From the NCBI GenBank assembly GCA_017996315.1, contig JAGOHE010000002.1, forward strand, positions 1-43,096: a DNA stretch of 43,096 nt, given 5' to 3'. The position numbers were made by a program, and so were the translations under genes. Of this stretch, positions 17,189 through 26,174 are shown piece by piece (the first letter of the stretch is position 1; each line of letters opens with the position of its first letter). The notes beneath the pieces were generated by a model, which searched no databases, was not told where the DNA came from, and saw only the letters and a program-made list of their open reading frames with translations. Source of the DNA: Kiritimatiellia bacterium. Its GTDB lineage: Bacteria; Verrucomicrobiota; Kiritimatiellia; PWTM01.

Positions 17189-17833
17189 ATGTCGCTCTGG
17201 ACAAAATTCTGTTCACTCAAGGGACTGCTGCTCGGACTCGACGAACGCTCGCTCGACTCCGATCCCATCGTCCAGTTCCAGCGGTGGTATCGGTTCGCGC
17301 GCCGCGCCGGATCCTTCTGGCCGGACTCGTTCTGCCTTTCCACCGTCGGCGCCGACGGCCATCCGGCCGCGCGCATGCTGCTGCTGAAAGGCTGCGATCA
17401 GCGCGGCCTGGTGTTCTACACGCATTATGTCGGGCGCAAAGCCGATGAGCTGGCGCGCACGCCGCATGCGGCCCTGACGTTTCACTGGCCCGAACTGATC
17501 CGACAAGTCCGGGTGGAAGGCCCCGTGGAGCGCGTGTCGGAAGAGGAATCCGACGCCTATTTCCGGTCCCGCCAACGCGGCAGCCAGATCGGCGCATGGG
17601 TCTCCCATCAAAGCCGTCCGCTGGCCAACCGGAAGGAATTCGACCGCGCCTACCGCGAGTACCGCCAGCGCATCGCCGGCGGTCCCGTGCCCCGGCCTCC
17701 GCACTGGGGCGGCTATCGCGTGTTTCCCGTGATGATTGAATTCTGGCAGGGCCGCCCCGCGCGGCTCCATGATCGTTTTCGATATGAGCGCCAGGCGAAT
17801 GGGGCTTGGACGCGCGAGCGGTTGTATCCCTGA
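17189..17833 (+). CDS. pdxH: pyridoxamine 5'-phosphate oxidase
   Basis: ORF 17072..17833, with the start placed at ATG 17189 (MSLWTKF...). Motifs RMLLLKG, LVFYTHYVGRKADEL, IRQVRVEG, YFRSRQRGSQIGAWVSHQS and WGGYRVFPVMIEFWQGRPARLHDRFRY. Confidence 0.9.
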   Translation: MSLWTKFCSLKGLLLGLDERSLDSDPIVQFQRWYRFARRAGSFWPDSFCLSTVGADGHPAARMLLLKGCDQRGLVFYTHYVGRKADELARTPHAALTFHWPELIRQVRVEGPVERVSEEESDAYFRSRQRGSQIGAWVSHQSRPLANRKEFDRAYREYRQRIAGGPVPRPPHWGGYRVFPVMIEFWQGRPARLHDRFRYERQANGAWTRERLYP

Positions 17834-17926
17834 CGCCGGCGCATTCCATCCAACCCTTGGATCGCAGGCCCATGACCCATCCAAGGTTTGGATGATGGTG
17901 GGGACGGGATGAGGCAGGAGACTCCC

Positions 17927-18964
17927 ATGAATACGAGGATCGACGGCCGATGGAGCACTCCGCTGGCCCCGAACGCGGCGGACGGGGTGGAGCGGGTGGA
18001 ATGCGGCATATGCCCGCACCACTGCCGCTTGCGCGAAGGGCAGCGGGGCCGGTGCTTTGTCCGCGTCGCGCGCGGAGGGCGGGTGATATCCAGCGCGGGG
18101 TTGCGCATCAGCGGCGCCGCGGTCGATCCGATCGAGAAGAAACCCCTGTATCACTTTCTTCCCGGTTCGCGGGCCTTTTCCATCGGAGCCATCGGCTGCA
18201 ATCTTTCCTGCTCCTTCTGCCAGAATCACCGCATCAGCCAGCCGCGCGATGAATCGGCGTTGGGCGAAGAAGCCGCTCCGGAGGTGATCGCGAGCGTCGC
18301 GGGCGGCTCGGACTGCGCGAGCGTGGCGTTCACCTACAATGAACCTATTGTCACCTTCGAGCATACGATCGCCTGCGCGCGCGCGTGCCGCGCGGCCGGA
18401 TTGAGGACCATCGCCGTCACCGCCGGTTTCATCGAACCCGGCCCGCGCGAAGAGTTCTTTGAGGTCATGGACGCGACGAACGTGGATTTGAAATCCATGA
18501 ACCCGGATTTCTACCGGCGTTACTGCGGCGCGGAGCTCCAGCCGGTGCAGGACACATTGCGCTGGATCGCCGCCGCAGGCCGCACCTGGCTCGAAGTGAC
18601 CACGCTGCTGATCCCCGGCGCCAACGACGGCGAGCCGGAACTCCGCGAGCTGGCGGCATGGGTTCGAGATGAGCTGGGGCCCGCAACCCCGCTGCATTTC
18701 ACCGCATTTTATCCGACGCACTGGATGACCGATCACCCGCCAACGCCGCCCGAGACGCTCCACCGCGCCCGGGACATCGCCCTCGAAGCCGGAGTGCAAT
18801 TCGTCTATACGGGCAACATTGACGACGATATCGGTTCCGCCACCTATTGCCCGTCCTGCCACGGCGAGCTCGTCCGGCGGAGCGGATATGACGTGCGCCC
18901 GGTCGGTCTTGATCCGCAGGGGCATTGCCTCTATTGCGGCGTCCAAGTGCCCGGTCGTTGGTGA
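17927..18964 (+). CDS. AmmeMemoRadiSam-system-type radical SAM enzyme (AmrS-like)
   Basis: ORF 17888..18964 (TTG). ATG 17927 is preceded by AGGAG 6 nt upstream; ATG 17909 is also possible. N-terminal CGICPHHCRLREGQRGRCFVR, then DPIEKKPLYHFLPGS, the radical SAM cluster motif CNLSCSFCQN, and C-terminal CPSCHGEL...CLYCG. Confidence 0.8.
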   Translation: MNTRIDGRWSTPLAPNAADGVERVECGICPHHCRLREGQRGRCFVRVARGGRVISSAGLRISGAAVDPIEKKPLYHFLPGSRAFSIGAIGCNLSCSFCQNHRISQPRDESALGEEAAPEVIASVAGGSDCASVAFTYNEPIVTFEHTIACARACRAAGLRTIAVTAGFIEPGPREEFFEVMDATNVDLKSMNPDFYRRYCGAELQPVQDTLRWIAAAGRTWLEVTTLLIPGANDGEPELRELAAWVRDELGPATPLHFTAFYPTHWMTDHPPTPPETLHRARDIALEAGVQFVYTGNIDDDIGSATYCPSCHGELVRRSGYDVRPVGLDPQGHCLYCGVQVPGRW

Positions 18965-19025
18965 GCCGGGCGTCCCCCTGCGCGGCGCCCAATCCAGCCG
19001 CGCGCGACGGAGAAAGGAAGTTCTC

Positions 19026-19352
19026 ATGACTACGGGAGCGTTGTGGGGATGGATCGGTGGAATCGTCGGTTCGATCATGGGTTTGGCCGGGGGCGTGGTC
19101 GGAACCCGGTGCAGCATCCGCAACGCATCGGGGCCGCGCGAGCGAGCATTCATGATCAAGGCGTCGTTCGTGGCGTGGGGCGCGATCCTGATATTTTTGA
19201 TACTGATGATCGCGCTGCCCGATCCCTGGCGGTGGTTCCTATGGATCCCCTACAGCATTCTGCTGCCTCTGGGGATCATCTTCGGCAACCGGCGACAGCA
19301 GGCCATCCGGCGCGAAGAATCGCAGGGGACACAGAACGGCGTGACGCGCTAG
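19026..19352 (+). CDS. hypothetical small membrane protein (3 predicted TM)
   Basis: ATG 19026 is preceded by GAAAGGAAG. 108 aa: MTTGALWGWIGGIVGSIMGLAGGVVG...FVAWGAILIFLILMIAL...WIPYSILLPLGIIFG. The track ORF 18819..19352 has a 5' extension that overlaps the radical SAM gene. Confidence 0.5.
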   Translation: MTTGALWGWIGGIVGSIMGLAGGVVGTRCSIRNASGPRERAFMIKASFVAWGAILIFLILMIALPDPWRWFLWIPYSILLPLGIIFGNRRQQAIRREESQGTQNGVTR

Positions 19353-19604
19353 GCGAGCGTGCGCGGAAGCTCCGGGACGCTGCGGAAGCCGGATGTCATG
19401 CCCGCATCAGCCGGCTCACCCTCACCCGGCTCGCATGGGCTCGCCAGCCTTACACCTTGAAGAACACGGTCTGTTTTGCCAGACTGTCGGGGCCCTCGAG
19501 GGAAACAGTTGTTCAGGTATACACGTGCGCACTCATCCGCCTTTCTCGTGGATCCATTGGAACCGGCGTCACCGCCGGATCGAGATATCCGGGCGTCCTA
19601 AGAC

Positions 19605-20408
19605 ATGCTGACGTCCATCGTCATCCCCGCCTATAACGAAGAGGACCGTCTCGGCGCCATGCTGGGGGTCTACCTGCCGTACTTTGAGGCGATGCCGGAA
19701 GGGGAGACGGAGTTCCTGATCGTGGTGAACGGGTCGAGCGATGGAACGGAGGCGCTGGCGCGTCAGTTCGCCACCCGGCACGCGTCGGCGCGAGTGCTGG
19801 TCGAACCGCGGCAGGTGGGCAAGGGCGGGGCAATCCTGATCGGCTGCGCCGCCGCCCGCGGGGACTGGATCGGGTTTGTAGACGCGGATGGATCCACGCC
19901 GCCCCCGGCGTTTCGCGCGCTCATGGACGCGGCCCGCGCCGGACCTCCGCGCATGATCATCGCCAACCGGTGGGATCCGGCCTCGGTCATCGGCCCGAGG
20001 TCATGGCTTCGCCGCCACGCATCGTTGCGTTTTAACGCGATGGTTCGAATGTTTTTTGATCTTCGGGTGGCCGACACGCAATGCGGCGCCAAACTGATGC
20101 ACCGGGACGTGCTCGCCGCGATCCGGCCGCGCATCGGCCAGACCTGTTGGGCGTTCGATGTGGATCTGCTCCTGCGGGTCCGCGACGCCGGCTTTTCCAT
20201 CGAAGAACGGCCGACGATCTGGAACGAGGTCGGCGGGTCGAAGCTTCGCATGGGTCGCACGTCGGCGACAATGTTCATCGCCCTGGTGCGATTGCGGATG
20301 CTCGAGTCGCGCGCCCGCTGGATTGTCACGGTGTATGACCAGCTGCTCGGACGATGGATTCATCGCCCGCCGCGGCCGCCGCGCGCGCGGCGGGGGAGGG
20401 CGACATGA
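19605..20408 (+). CDS. GT2 glycosyltransferase, polyprenyl/dolichyl-phosphate sugar synthase-like
   Basis: 267 aa with SIVIPAYNEEDRL, FVDADGS (DxD) and ADTQCGAKL. The pattern is typical of GT-A GT2 enzymes of the Dpg/Alg5-like type. Confidence 0.8.
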   Translation: MLTSIVIPAYNEEDRLGAMLGVYLPYFEAMPEGETEFLIVVNGSSDGTEALARQFATRHASARVLVEPRQVGKGGAILIGCAAARGDWIGFVDADGSTPPPAFRALMDAARAGPPRMIIANRWDPASVIGPRSWLRRHASLRFNAMVRMFFDLRVADTQCGAKLMHRDVLAAIRPRIGQTCWAFDVDLLLRVRDAGFSIEERPTIWNEVGGSKLRMGRTSATMFIALVRLRMLESRARWIVTVYDQLLGRWIHRPPRPPRARRGRAT

Positions 20409-21484
20409 ACGCTCCGCCGCCACGCCTGCTGGTGCTGAACCGCCGCGATCCCTTCCATCCGCAGGGGGGAGGAGCGGAGCGGTATCTTCGCGAGGTGGTC
20501 CGGGGCTTCATCGCCCGCGGATGGGAGGTGGACTGGTGGTGCAGCCGGTTTCGCGGCGCCGCCGCTCGCGAAACTCCCGAACCCGGATGGAACCTCATCC
20601 GTCGCGGAGGCGAATGGGCCACGCATTGGCACGGCCGGCGCTGGGCGCGGGCGCATGCCGATCGCTACACGGTCATCCTCGATACGTTTAACGGGATGGG
20701 ATTTTCCACCGCCGGTCTTGCGCGCAGCCGACTGCTGGTATTTCAACTCTACGGTCCGGAATTCTGGTGCGCGGAATTTGGCGCGGCCGGTCGTATCGCG
20801 GCCGCGTTGGAGCGTCACTGGCTGAAGGCGTGGCGTGGCCGCCCGGTGGCCACCATCAGCGCGTCCACGCGGGACGATCTCTCCGCGCTCGGACTGCGGG
20901 ACGCGGCCATCGTGCCGGTCGGGCTGGATTGGACTCCGCCCGAAGCGACGCCCCCCAAGCCTGGGCCGCTCACCTGCCTTTATCTCGGACGCCTCCGCGC
21001 GACGAAAAATCCGGCGGATGCGCTGCGCGCCTTCGGTGAAATCCGGAGACGACATCCCGGCGCGCGTATGATCGTGGCTGGAACGGGACCCGAAGAGCAG
21101 GAACTTCGCCGCCAGTATTCGGCTGAGGACGTGGAGTTCCGCGGGCGGGTTTCCGAGGAAACCAAAATCGAATTGCTGCGCCGGGCGCATCTGGCGCTCA
21201 TCCCCAGCCGGCGGGAAGGCTGGAACATGGTTGTGACCGAAGCGGCATCGATGGGGACGCCCTCCGTTGGCTACGATGTGCGGGGAGTGCGCGAATCCAT
21301 CCGCGATGGCGAAACCGGCGTGCTGGTGAACGCGGGCGACTGGCGCGCGCTCGGCGCGGCGGCCTCGGATCTGCTCGGCGACCGCGCGCGGTGGTCGCGG
21401 ATGGCCGACCTGGCCCGAATCCGCGCCGCGGAATTCACGTGGGAGCGCACACGGCGGATGTTCTATGATTGGGCGACGCTATGA
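20405..21484 (+). CDS. glycosyltransferase, GT-B fold (GT4-like)
   Basis: ATG 20405 overlaps the GT2 stop (ATGA). LLVLNRRDPFHPQGGGAERYL at the N-terminus and EGWNMVVTEAASMGTPSVGYDVRGVRESIRDGETGVLV (EX7E). Confidence 0.8.
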   Translation: MNAPPPRLLVLNRRDPFHPQGGGAERYLREVVRGFIARGWEVDWWCSRFRGAAARETPEPGWNLIRRGGEWATHWHGRRWARAHADRYTVILDTFNGMGFSTAGLARSRLLVFQLYGPEFWCAEFGAAGRIAAALERHWLKAWRGRPVATISASTRDDLSALGLRDAAIVPVGLDWTPPEATPPKPGPLTCLYLGRLRATKNPADALRAFGEIRRRHPGARMIVAGTGPEEQELRRQYSAEDVEFRGRVSEETKIELLRRAHLALIPSRREGWNMVVTEAASMGTPSVGYDVRGVRESIRDGETGVLVNAGDWRALGAAASDLLGDRARWSRMADLARIRAAEFTWERTRRMFYDWATL

Positions 21485-22284
21485 AATCACTGACCGATAT
21501 CGCTCGCCGGATTTACCGGGCAATGCCGGACAACGCTTTGCGTCGGCGATGCTCGGCGTGGTGGTTCCGGCGTGCCGCGGGCGGCGCGCTCCGCCGGTGC
21601 GAATGGCGGGACGGAGTGTTTTTTGTGGAAACGTCGTCGGGCGTGGTGGTCCGGTCCGTCCGCGAATTCGATCCGGAACCCCTGATCACCAACATGCCCC
21701 GATTGCCGCTGCGTCCCGGCGGCGTTGTGCTGGATCTCGGGGGTAACATCGGCGTCACCGCCTTGTACGCCGCGGCCTGCGTGGATGGGGAACGGGGAGG
21801 GCGCGTGGTGGTCTTTGAGCCGGATTCGGAGAACCTCACGGTGCTCCGGGAGAACCTCGACCTCAACCCGGCCGGCCGGTGCGTCACGGTAATCCCCAAA
21901 GGCGTTTCGGACCGCTCCGGGCGCATGACGTTCCAGATGGGCGGGAACTATACGTCATCGCTGGTCCGCACGAATTACATCGAAGCGGACGAACCCGCGT
22001 ATCGCACGGTGGAAGTGGACGTGACGACGGTGGACGATGCGTGCGCGGAGTTGGGACTGCCGCGGGTGGATGCGGTGAAGATGGATATCGAAGGCAGCGA
22101 AGTCGCGGCCCTGCGCGGCGCCCGCCAAACCCTCCAGACCCATCATCCGTTTCTGGTCATCGAAACACATACCGTCGAAGGCCGGGCCACGATGGAAGAA
22201 GTCGTGAAGGAACTGCGTCAGGCGGGGTATGCGAACATCCAGCTGGGTGAGGGCCCGACGCCGATGGTGATGGCGCAGGCATGA
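21481..22284 (+). CDS. FkbM-family SAM-dependent methyltransferase
   Basis: ATG 21481 overlaps the upstream stop (ATGA). VVLDLGGNIGVTALYAA (SAM-binding glycine motif), VVFEPDSEN, VDAVKMDIEGSEVAAL and FLVIETH. Confidence 0.8.
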   Translation: MKSLTDIARRIYRAMPDNALRRRCSAWWFRRAAGGALRRCEWRDGVFFVETSSGVVVRSVREFDPEPLITNMPRLPLRPGGVVLDLGGNIGVTALYAAACVDGERGGRVVVFEPDSENLTVLRENLDLNPAGRCVTVIPKGVSDRSGRMTFQMGGNYTSSLVRTNYIEADEPAYRTVEVDVTTVDDACAELGLPRVDAVKMDIEGSEVAALRGARQTLQTHHPFLVIETHTVEGRATMEEVVKELRQAGYANIQLGEGPTPMVMAQA

Positions 22285-22350
22285 GGGGGGCATGGGCCCT
22301 CCGCGCCGTACGGCTGGAACGACCCCGCCGGCCGTGGTAGTCTCCCCGAT

Positions 22351-23766
22351 ATGGAAACCATGACTTCACGTCCGCCCCTGCGGCTGTACAACACGCTGAC
22401 CCGTCAGGTGGACCCGTTTGAATCGCTGAATCCCGGCGAGGTGCGGATGTACACGTGCGGGCCGACCGTTCACGACTACGCGCACATCGGGAACTTTCGC
22501 GCGTATGTGTTCGAGGATCTGCTGCGCCGGACGCTCAAGTCCCGCGGGTACCGCATCCACCAGGTGATGAACCTTACCGATGTGGATGACAAAACCATCC
22601 GCAAAGCGCGCGCGGCGGGGCAGTCGCTGAAGGACTACACCTCGGTCTACAGCCGGGCATTTTTCGAGGATGTGGACGAGCTGGGCATCGAGCGCGCGGA
22701 GCAGTATCCCGCGGCGACCGACCATGTGCCGGAGATGATCCGCATGATCGAGACCCTGATCTCCAAAGGCCACGCCTACCGGTCCGACGACGGATCGGTC
22801 TATTTCCGCATCGAGAGTTTTCCAGCGTACGGGAAACTGGCCCGGCTGGATCGGGACGGGCTCAAGGCGGGCGCGCGGGTATCGCAGGACGAATACGAAA
22901 AGGAGAGTTTCGGAGATTTCGCGCTCTGGAAGGCGTGGACCGAAGACGATGGCGACGTGGCATGGGATTCGCCCTGGGGACGGGGCCGGCCCGGCTGGCA
23001 CATCGAGTGCTCGGCCATGAGCATGAAATATCTGGGTGAAAGTTTCGACATCCACACCGGCGGGGTGGACAACATTTTTCCCCACCACGAAGACGAAATC
23101 GCCCAGAGCGAGTGCGCCACGGGAGCCTGCCTCGCCCGCTACTGGCTGCACTGCGCGCACCTGATCGTGGATGGCCGGAAGATGTCGAAGTCGCTCGGAA
23201 ATTTCTTCACCCTGCGGGATCTGAAGGCGAAGGGATACTCCGGACGCGAGGTGCGGTATGTGCTGCTGGCGGGGCATTACCGGCAGTGGCTGAATTTCAC
23301 CCTGGAATCGCTGGATGCGGCGCGGGCCGCCCTGCGCCGGCTGGACGATTTTTATGAGCGGCTGGATGCTGTGGCCGGCGGAAAGCCGGGGGACCTTCCG
23401 TCGTGGGCGGCGGAGGCCGACCGCGAGTTTCACGAGGCGTGGGCGGAGGATTTGAATGCGTCCGAGGCCCTCGCCGCGGTGTTCGATCTGGTGCATCAGG
23501 CGAATTCTGCCCTGTCGACCGGCGAACTGGATGCGGCGGGCGCGGCGGCGGTGAAATCGCTCTGGTCGTCCTGGAACGAGGTGCTGAATGTGCTGAGGCC
23601 CCCGCGGAAAGAAACCCCGGAGGACGTCCTCCGCCTCGTGGACGAGCGGCAGCGCGCGCGCGCCGCCAAGGATTGGGCGCGCGCGGACGAGGTGCGCGAG
23701 GAACTGGCGCGGAAGGGTTGGTCGGTGAAGGATACCCCGCTCGGACCGCAGGTTCGGAAATTGTGA
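22351..23766 (+). CDS. cysS: cysteine--tRNA ligase
   Basis: 471 aa with YTCGPTVHDYAHIGNFR (HIGH motif), WHIECS, HHEDEIAQSE and KMSKSLGN (KMSKS). Confidence 0.95.
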   Translation: METMTSRPPLRLYNTLTRQVDPFESLNPGEVRMYTCGPTVHDYAHIGNFRAYVFEDLLRRTLKSRGYRIHQVMNLTDVDDKTIRKARAAGQSLKDYTSVYSRAFFEDVDELGIERAEQYPAATDHVPEMIRMIETLISKGHAYRSDDGSVYFRIESFPAYGKLARLDRDGLKAGARVSQDEYEKESFGDFALWKAWTEDDGDVAWDSPWGRGRPGWHIECSAMSMKYLGESFDIHTGGVDNIFPHHEDEIAQSECATGACLARYWLHCAHLIVDGRKMSKSLGNFFTLRDLKAKGYSGREVRYVLLAGHYRQWLNFTLESLDAARAALRRLDDFYERLDAVAGGKPGDLPSWAAEADREFHEAWAEDLNASEALAAVFDLVHQANSALSTGELDAAGAAAVKSLWSSWNEVLNVLRPPRKETPEDVLRLVDERQRARAAKDWARADEVREELARKGWSVKDTPLGPQVRKL

Positions 23767-23773
23767 TCGCCCG

Positions 23774-24418
23774 ATGAAGCGAGGACGATTCATTACACTC
23801 GAGGGCCCCGAAGGCGGCGGGAAGAGCACGCAAATTCGACGCATCGCGGAAATGCTGCGGGCCGAAGGGCGCGAGGTCGTCACCGCGCGCGAGCCCGGCG
23901 GCACACCGACCGGCGAGGCGATCCGCGGGCTTCTGCAATACGATCACTCCGGCGAATCGCCCTCGCCCGCGTGCGAAGTGTTGCTGTTCATCGCCAGCCG
24001 CGCGCAACTGGTGGACACCGTCATCCGGCCGGCGCTGAAACGCGGGGCCGTGGTGCTGTGCGACCGGTTCGCGGATTCCACGCTGGCCTATCAGGGCTAC
24101 GGGCGCGGCTTTGACGTGGCCGCCCTGAGGCGGTTGAACGAGTTTGCGATTGCCGATTGCGTTCCTGATGTGACGCTGGTGCTCGATTTGCCGGTGGACG
24201 CGGGCCGGGCGCGCATGGCGGGCCGTCATGCGGCGGGCGGCGATGGCCCGGATCGGCTGGAGCGCGAAGCGGCGGAGTTTCATGCGCGGGTGCGGGACGG
24301 TTATCTTGCGCTGGCTCGAGCGGAACCGGGACGATTCCGGGTGATGGACGCTTCCCGCGCCGAGGAGGATGTTTTCGAAGCCCTGGCCGTGGAGGTGCGG
24401 CGTGTCCTCGAAGGATGA
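23774..24418 (+). CDS. tmk: thymidylate kinase
   Basis: 214 aa with P-loop FITLEGPEGGGKST, DRFADSTLAYQG and LVLDLP. Followed by holB, as in many bacteria. Confidence 0.95.
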   Translation: MKRGRFITLEGPEGGGKSTQIRRIAEMLRAEGREVVTAREPGGTPTGEAIRGLLQYDHSGESPSPACEVLLFIASRAQLVDTVIRPALKRGAVVLCDRFADSTLAYQGYGRGFDVAALRRLNEFAIADCVPDVTLVLDLPVDAGRARMAGRHAAGGDGPDRLEREAAEFHARVRDGYLALARAEPGRFRVMDASRAEEDVFEALAVEVRRVLEG

Positions 24419-25388
24419 AGGGGGCGGCCGGCTGGCCGATTTCGTGCGGGCCTACCGGGCCGGCCGGCTGGCGCATGCGTATCTGCTGATCGGCGATCCC
24501 TCGCGCACGGGCGCACCTCTGGCGCGAGAAATGGTCGCCGCCCTCGATTGCGCCCAGCCGACATCGGAAGGATTTCCCTGCGGAGCATGTCCGGTGTGCC
24601 GGACCGTGGAACGCGATGAATATCCGGACCTGTGCTGGATTCGCCCATCCAGCAAATCGCGTCAAATCCGGATCGAAGAGGATGTGCGCGAGCAGATCAT
24701 TCCGTTTCTGGGACGGACGTCGTATCTGGGCGGATGGAAAACCGTGGTCATTGAGGAAGCCGATTGTCTGAATCCCAGTTCGGCGAACGCCTTGTTGAAG
24801 AGTTTGGAAGAACCGATGCCGAAGACGCTGATGCTCCTGCTCACTTCGGCTCCGGATCAGTTGCTGCCGACCATTCGCTCCCGGTGTCATGTGCTGAAAG
24901 CGGAAGGGAATGCGGAGGCCCCGGTTCAGGATGAGTGGGCCGCGGAAGCGCTGGCGCTGTTGTCGCGTTTCGCGTCCTCCGGCATCACTGAAGGTCTGGC
25001 GGCCGTCAGCGCGATGGCCGGGCTGTTTGACTCGATCAAGCGGGCGGCGGAGCCGATGGTGGAGCAGGAGGAAGCGGACCACACGTCGCGCACGGAGCAG
25101 AGTTGGACCCGGGAACAGCGCGATGCGCGGCTGGGTTCAATGGTGCGGCAGATGCAGCAGGGCACGCTTCGGGCGGTATTATCCTGGCACCGGGACGCCC
25201 TCGCGCTGGCCTCGGGCGCCGAAGCTTCAGCATTGAACCATCCGGAACAGGCTGATGCGCTCGCGCGCTTTGTGCGCGATCGAGGCTATGCCGGCGTCCG
25301 GGAACGGCTCCGGCGCGCCGAAGCCGTGGTCCGGCAGATCAACCGCAACATCTCGCCCGTCACCGCGTGGACGGGGTACTTTCTCTGA
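24369..25388 (+). CDS. holB: DNA polymerase III subunit delta'
   Basis: LAHAYLLIGDPS, zinc module CGACPVCR, KTVVIEEADCLN and TIRSRC (SRC sensor motif). The start is uncertain: ATG 24369 or GTG 24402, both overlapping the tmk 3' end. Confidence 0.85.
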   Translation: MFSKPWPWRCGVSSKDEGGGRLADFVRAYRAGRLAHAYLLIGDPSRTGAPLAREMVAALDCAQPTSEGFPCGACPVCRTVERDEYPDLCWIRPSSKSRQIRIEEDVREQIIPFLGRTSYLGGWKTVVIEEADCLNPSSANALLKSLEEPMPKTLMLLLTSAPDQLLPTIRSRCHVLKAEGNAEAPVQDEWAAEALALLSRFASSGITEGLAAVSAMAGLFDSIKRAAEPMVEQEEADHTSRTEQSWTREQRDARLGSMVRQMQQGTLRAVLSWHRDALALASGAEASALNHPEQADALARFVRDRGYAGVRERLRRAEAVVRQINRNISPVTAWTGYFL

Positions 25389-25394
25389 TCGGAG

Positions 25395-25418
25395 CGCGCC
25401 CCCGGCGCAAGGGGCGTG
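25395..25418. terminator. GC-rich stem-loop between convergent holB and rsmE
   Basis: CGCCCC (25397-25402) pairs with GGGGCG (25411-25416) around an 8-nt loop, extendable by 2 bp. It lies in the 30-nt gap between two convergent stops. There is no T tract. Confidence 0.3.
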
Positions 25419-26174
25419 TCATACCGCGCTGGCGGATGTTCTCAACTCATCGACGACCGACAGCGCCGCGATGGCGGCGGTATCGCAACGCAGAATCCGT
25501 CCCGAGCCGATCCGGACTGATTGAAACCCGCAGCGGGCGAACAACTCCAACTCATAGTCCACCCAACCGCCCTCGGGTCCGAGGGCGAGCAGGGCGCGGG
25601 GCTGACGGGCGAGCGAATGGTGAAGGTCCCACACATTGCCGGCCGCCTCGGGATGGAAGAGACAACGGACTTCGGGGGGTGGGCAGAGCGCGTCGAGTTC
25701 GTCCTCGAGAAAGGGTTTGAGCCGACGGCATACCGTGACCTCGGGCAGATGGGGATCGCCGCTTTGCTCCAAGCCTTCAACGAGGCGCTCCCGGATGAAG
25801 CCGGGATCAAGAACGTGCGTATCAAAATAGTTCCGCTCCACGCGGGCCGCGTTCACCAGCCACCACCGGTCCACGCCGAGGGATGCGACCGCGGCATAGA
25901 GCCGCTTGAGCGTTTTGGGGCGGGGCAGAGCCATGATCAAATCAATTCCGGGCCGCGGAGCCGGCGACGGCTCGAACGTACACTCTAGTTCCATCCGGTC
26001 GGATTCGGAGCACAGCACGGCGGCCTGGCCCCGAAGCCCGTTGATGAGGCCCACGCGAACGGTGTCGCCCGGCCGGGCGTTCAATACAGAGAACACATGC
26101 GCTGCTCTCCGTCCGGACAGCCGCGCGCGCCCCGTTGGATCGACCTCATGAGGTTCCAGCAAAATTCGGTTCAT
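25419..26174 (-). CDS. rsmE: 16S rRNA (uracil1498-N3)-methyltransferase
   Basis: 251 aa. PUA-like N-terminus (RLSGRRAAHVFSVLNARPGDTVRV) and C-terminal SPOUT knot LALGPEGGWVDYELELF...VRIGSGRILRCDTAAIAAL. Confidence 0.85.
   Translation of the reverse strand: MNRILLEPHEVDPTGRARLSGRRAAHVFSVLNARPGDTVRVGLINGLRGQAAVLCSESDRMELECTFEPSPAPRPGIDLIMALPRPKTLKRLYAAVASLGVDRWWLVNAARVERNYFDTHVLDPGFIRERLVEGLEQSGDPHLPEVTVCRRLKPFLEDELDALCPPPEVRCLFHPEAAGNVWDLHHSLARQPRALLALGPEGGWVDYELELFARCGFQSVRIGSGRILRCDTAAIAALSVVDELRTSASAV

Noticed and set aside
17213-19159. 648-aa minus-strand ORF spanning pdxH, the radical SAM gene and the small membrane gene
   Set aside because: It is antisense to three genes with clear family motifs. 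Its product is R/G/A/P-rich with no recognisable motif. Long stop-free antisense frames are expected at this GC content.
22366-23904. 512-aa minus-strand ORF antisense to cysS
   Set aside because: This is a shadow ORF of cysS (HIGH and KMSKS motifs on the plus strand) and has no motifs of its own.
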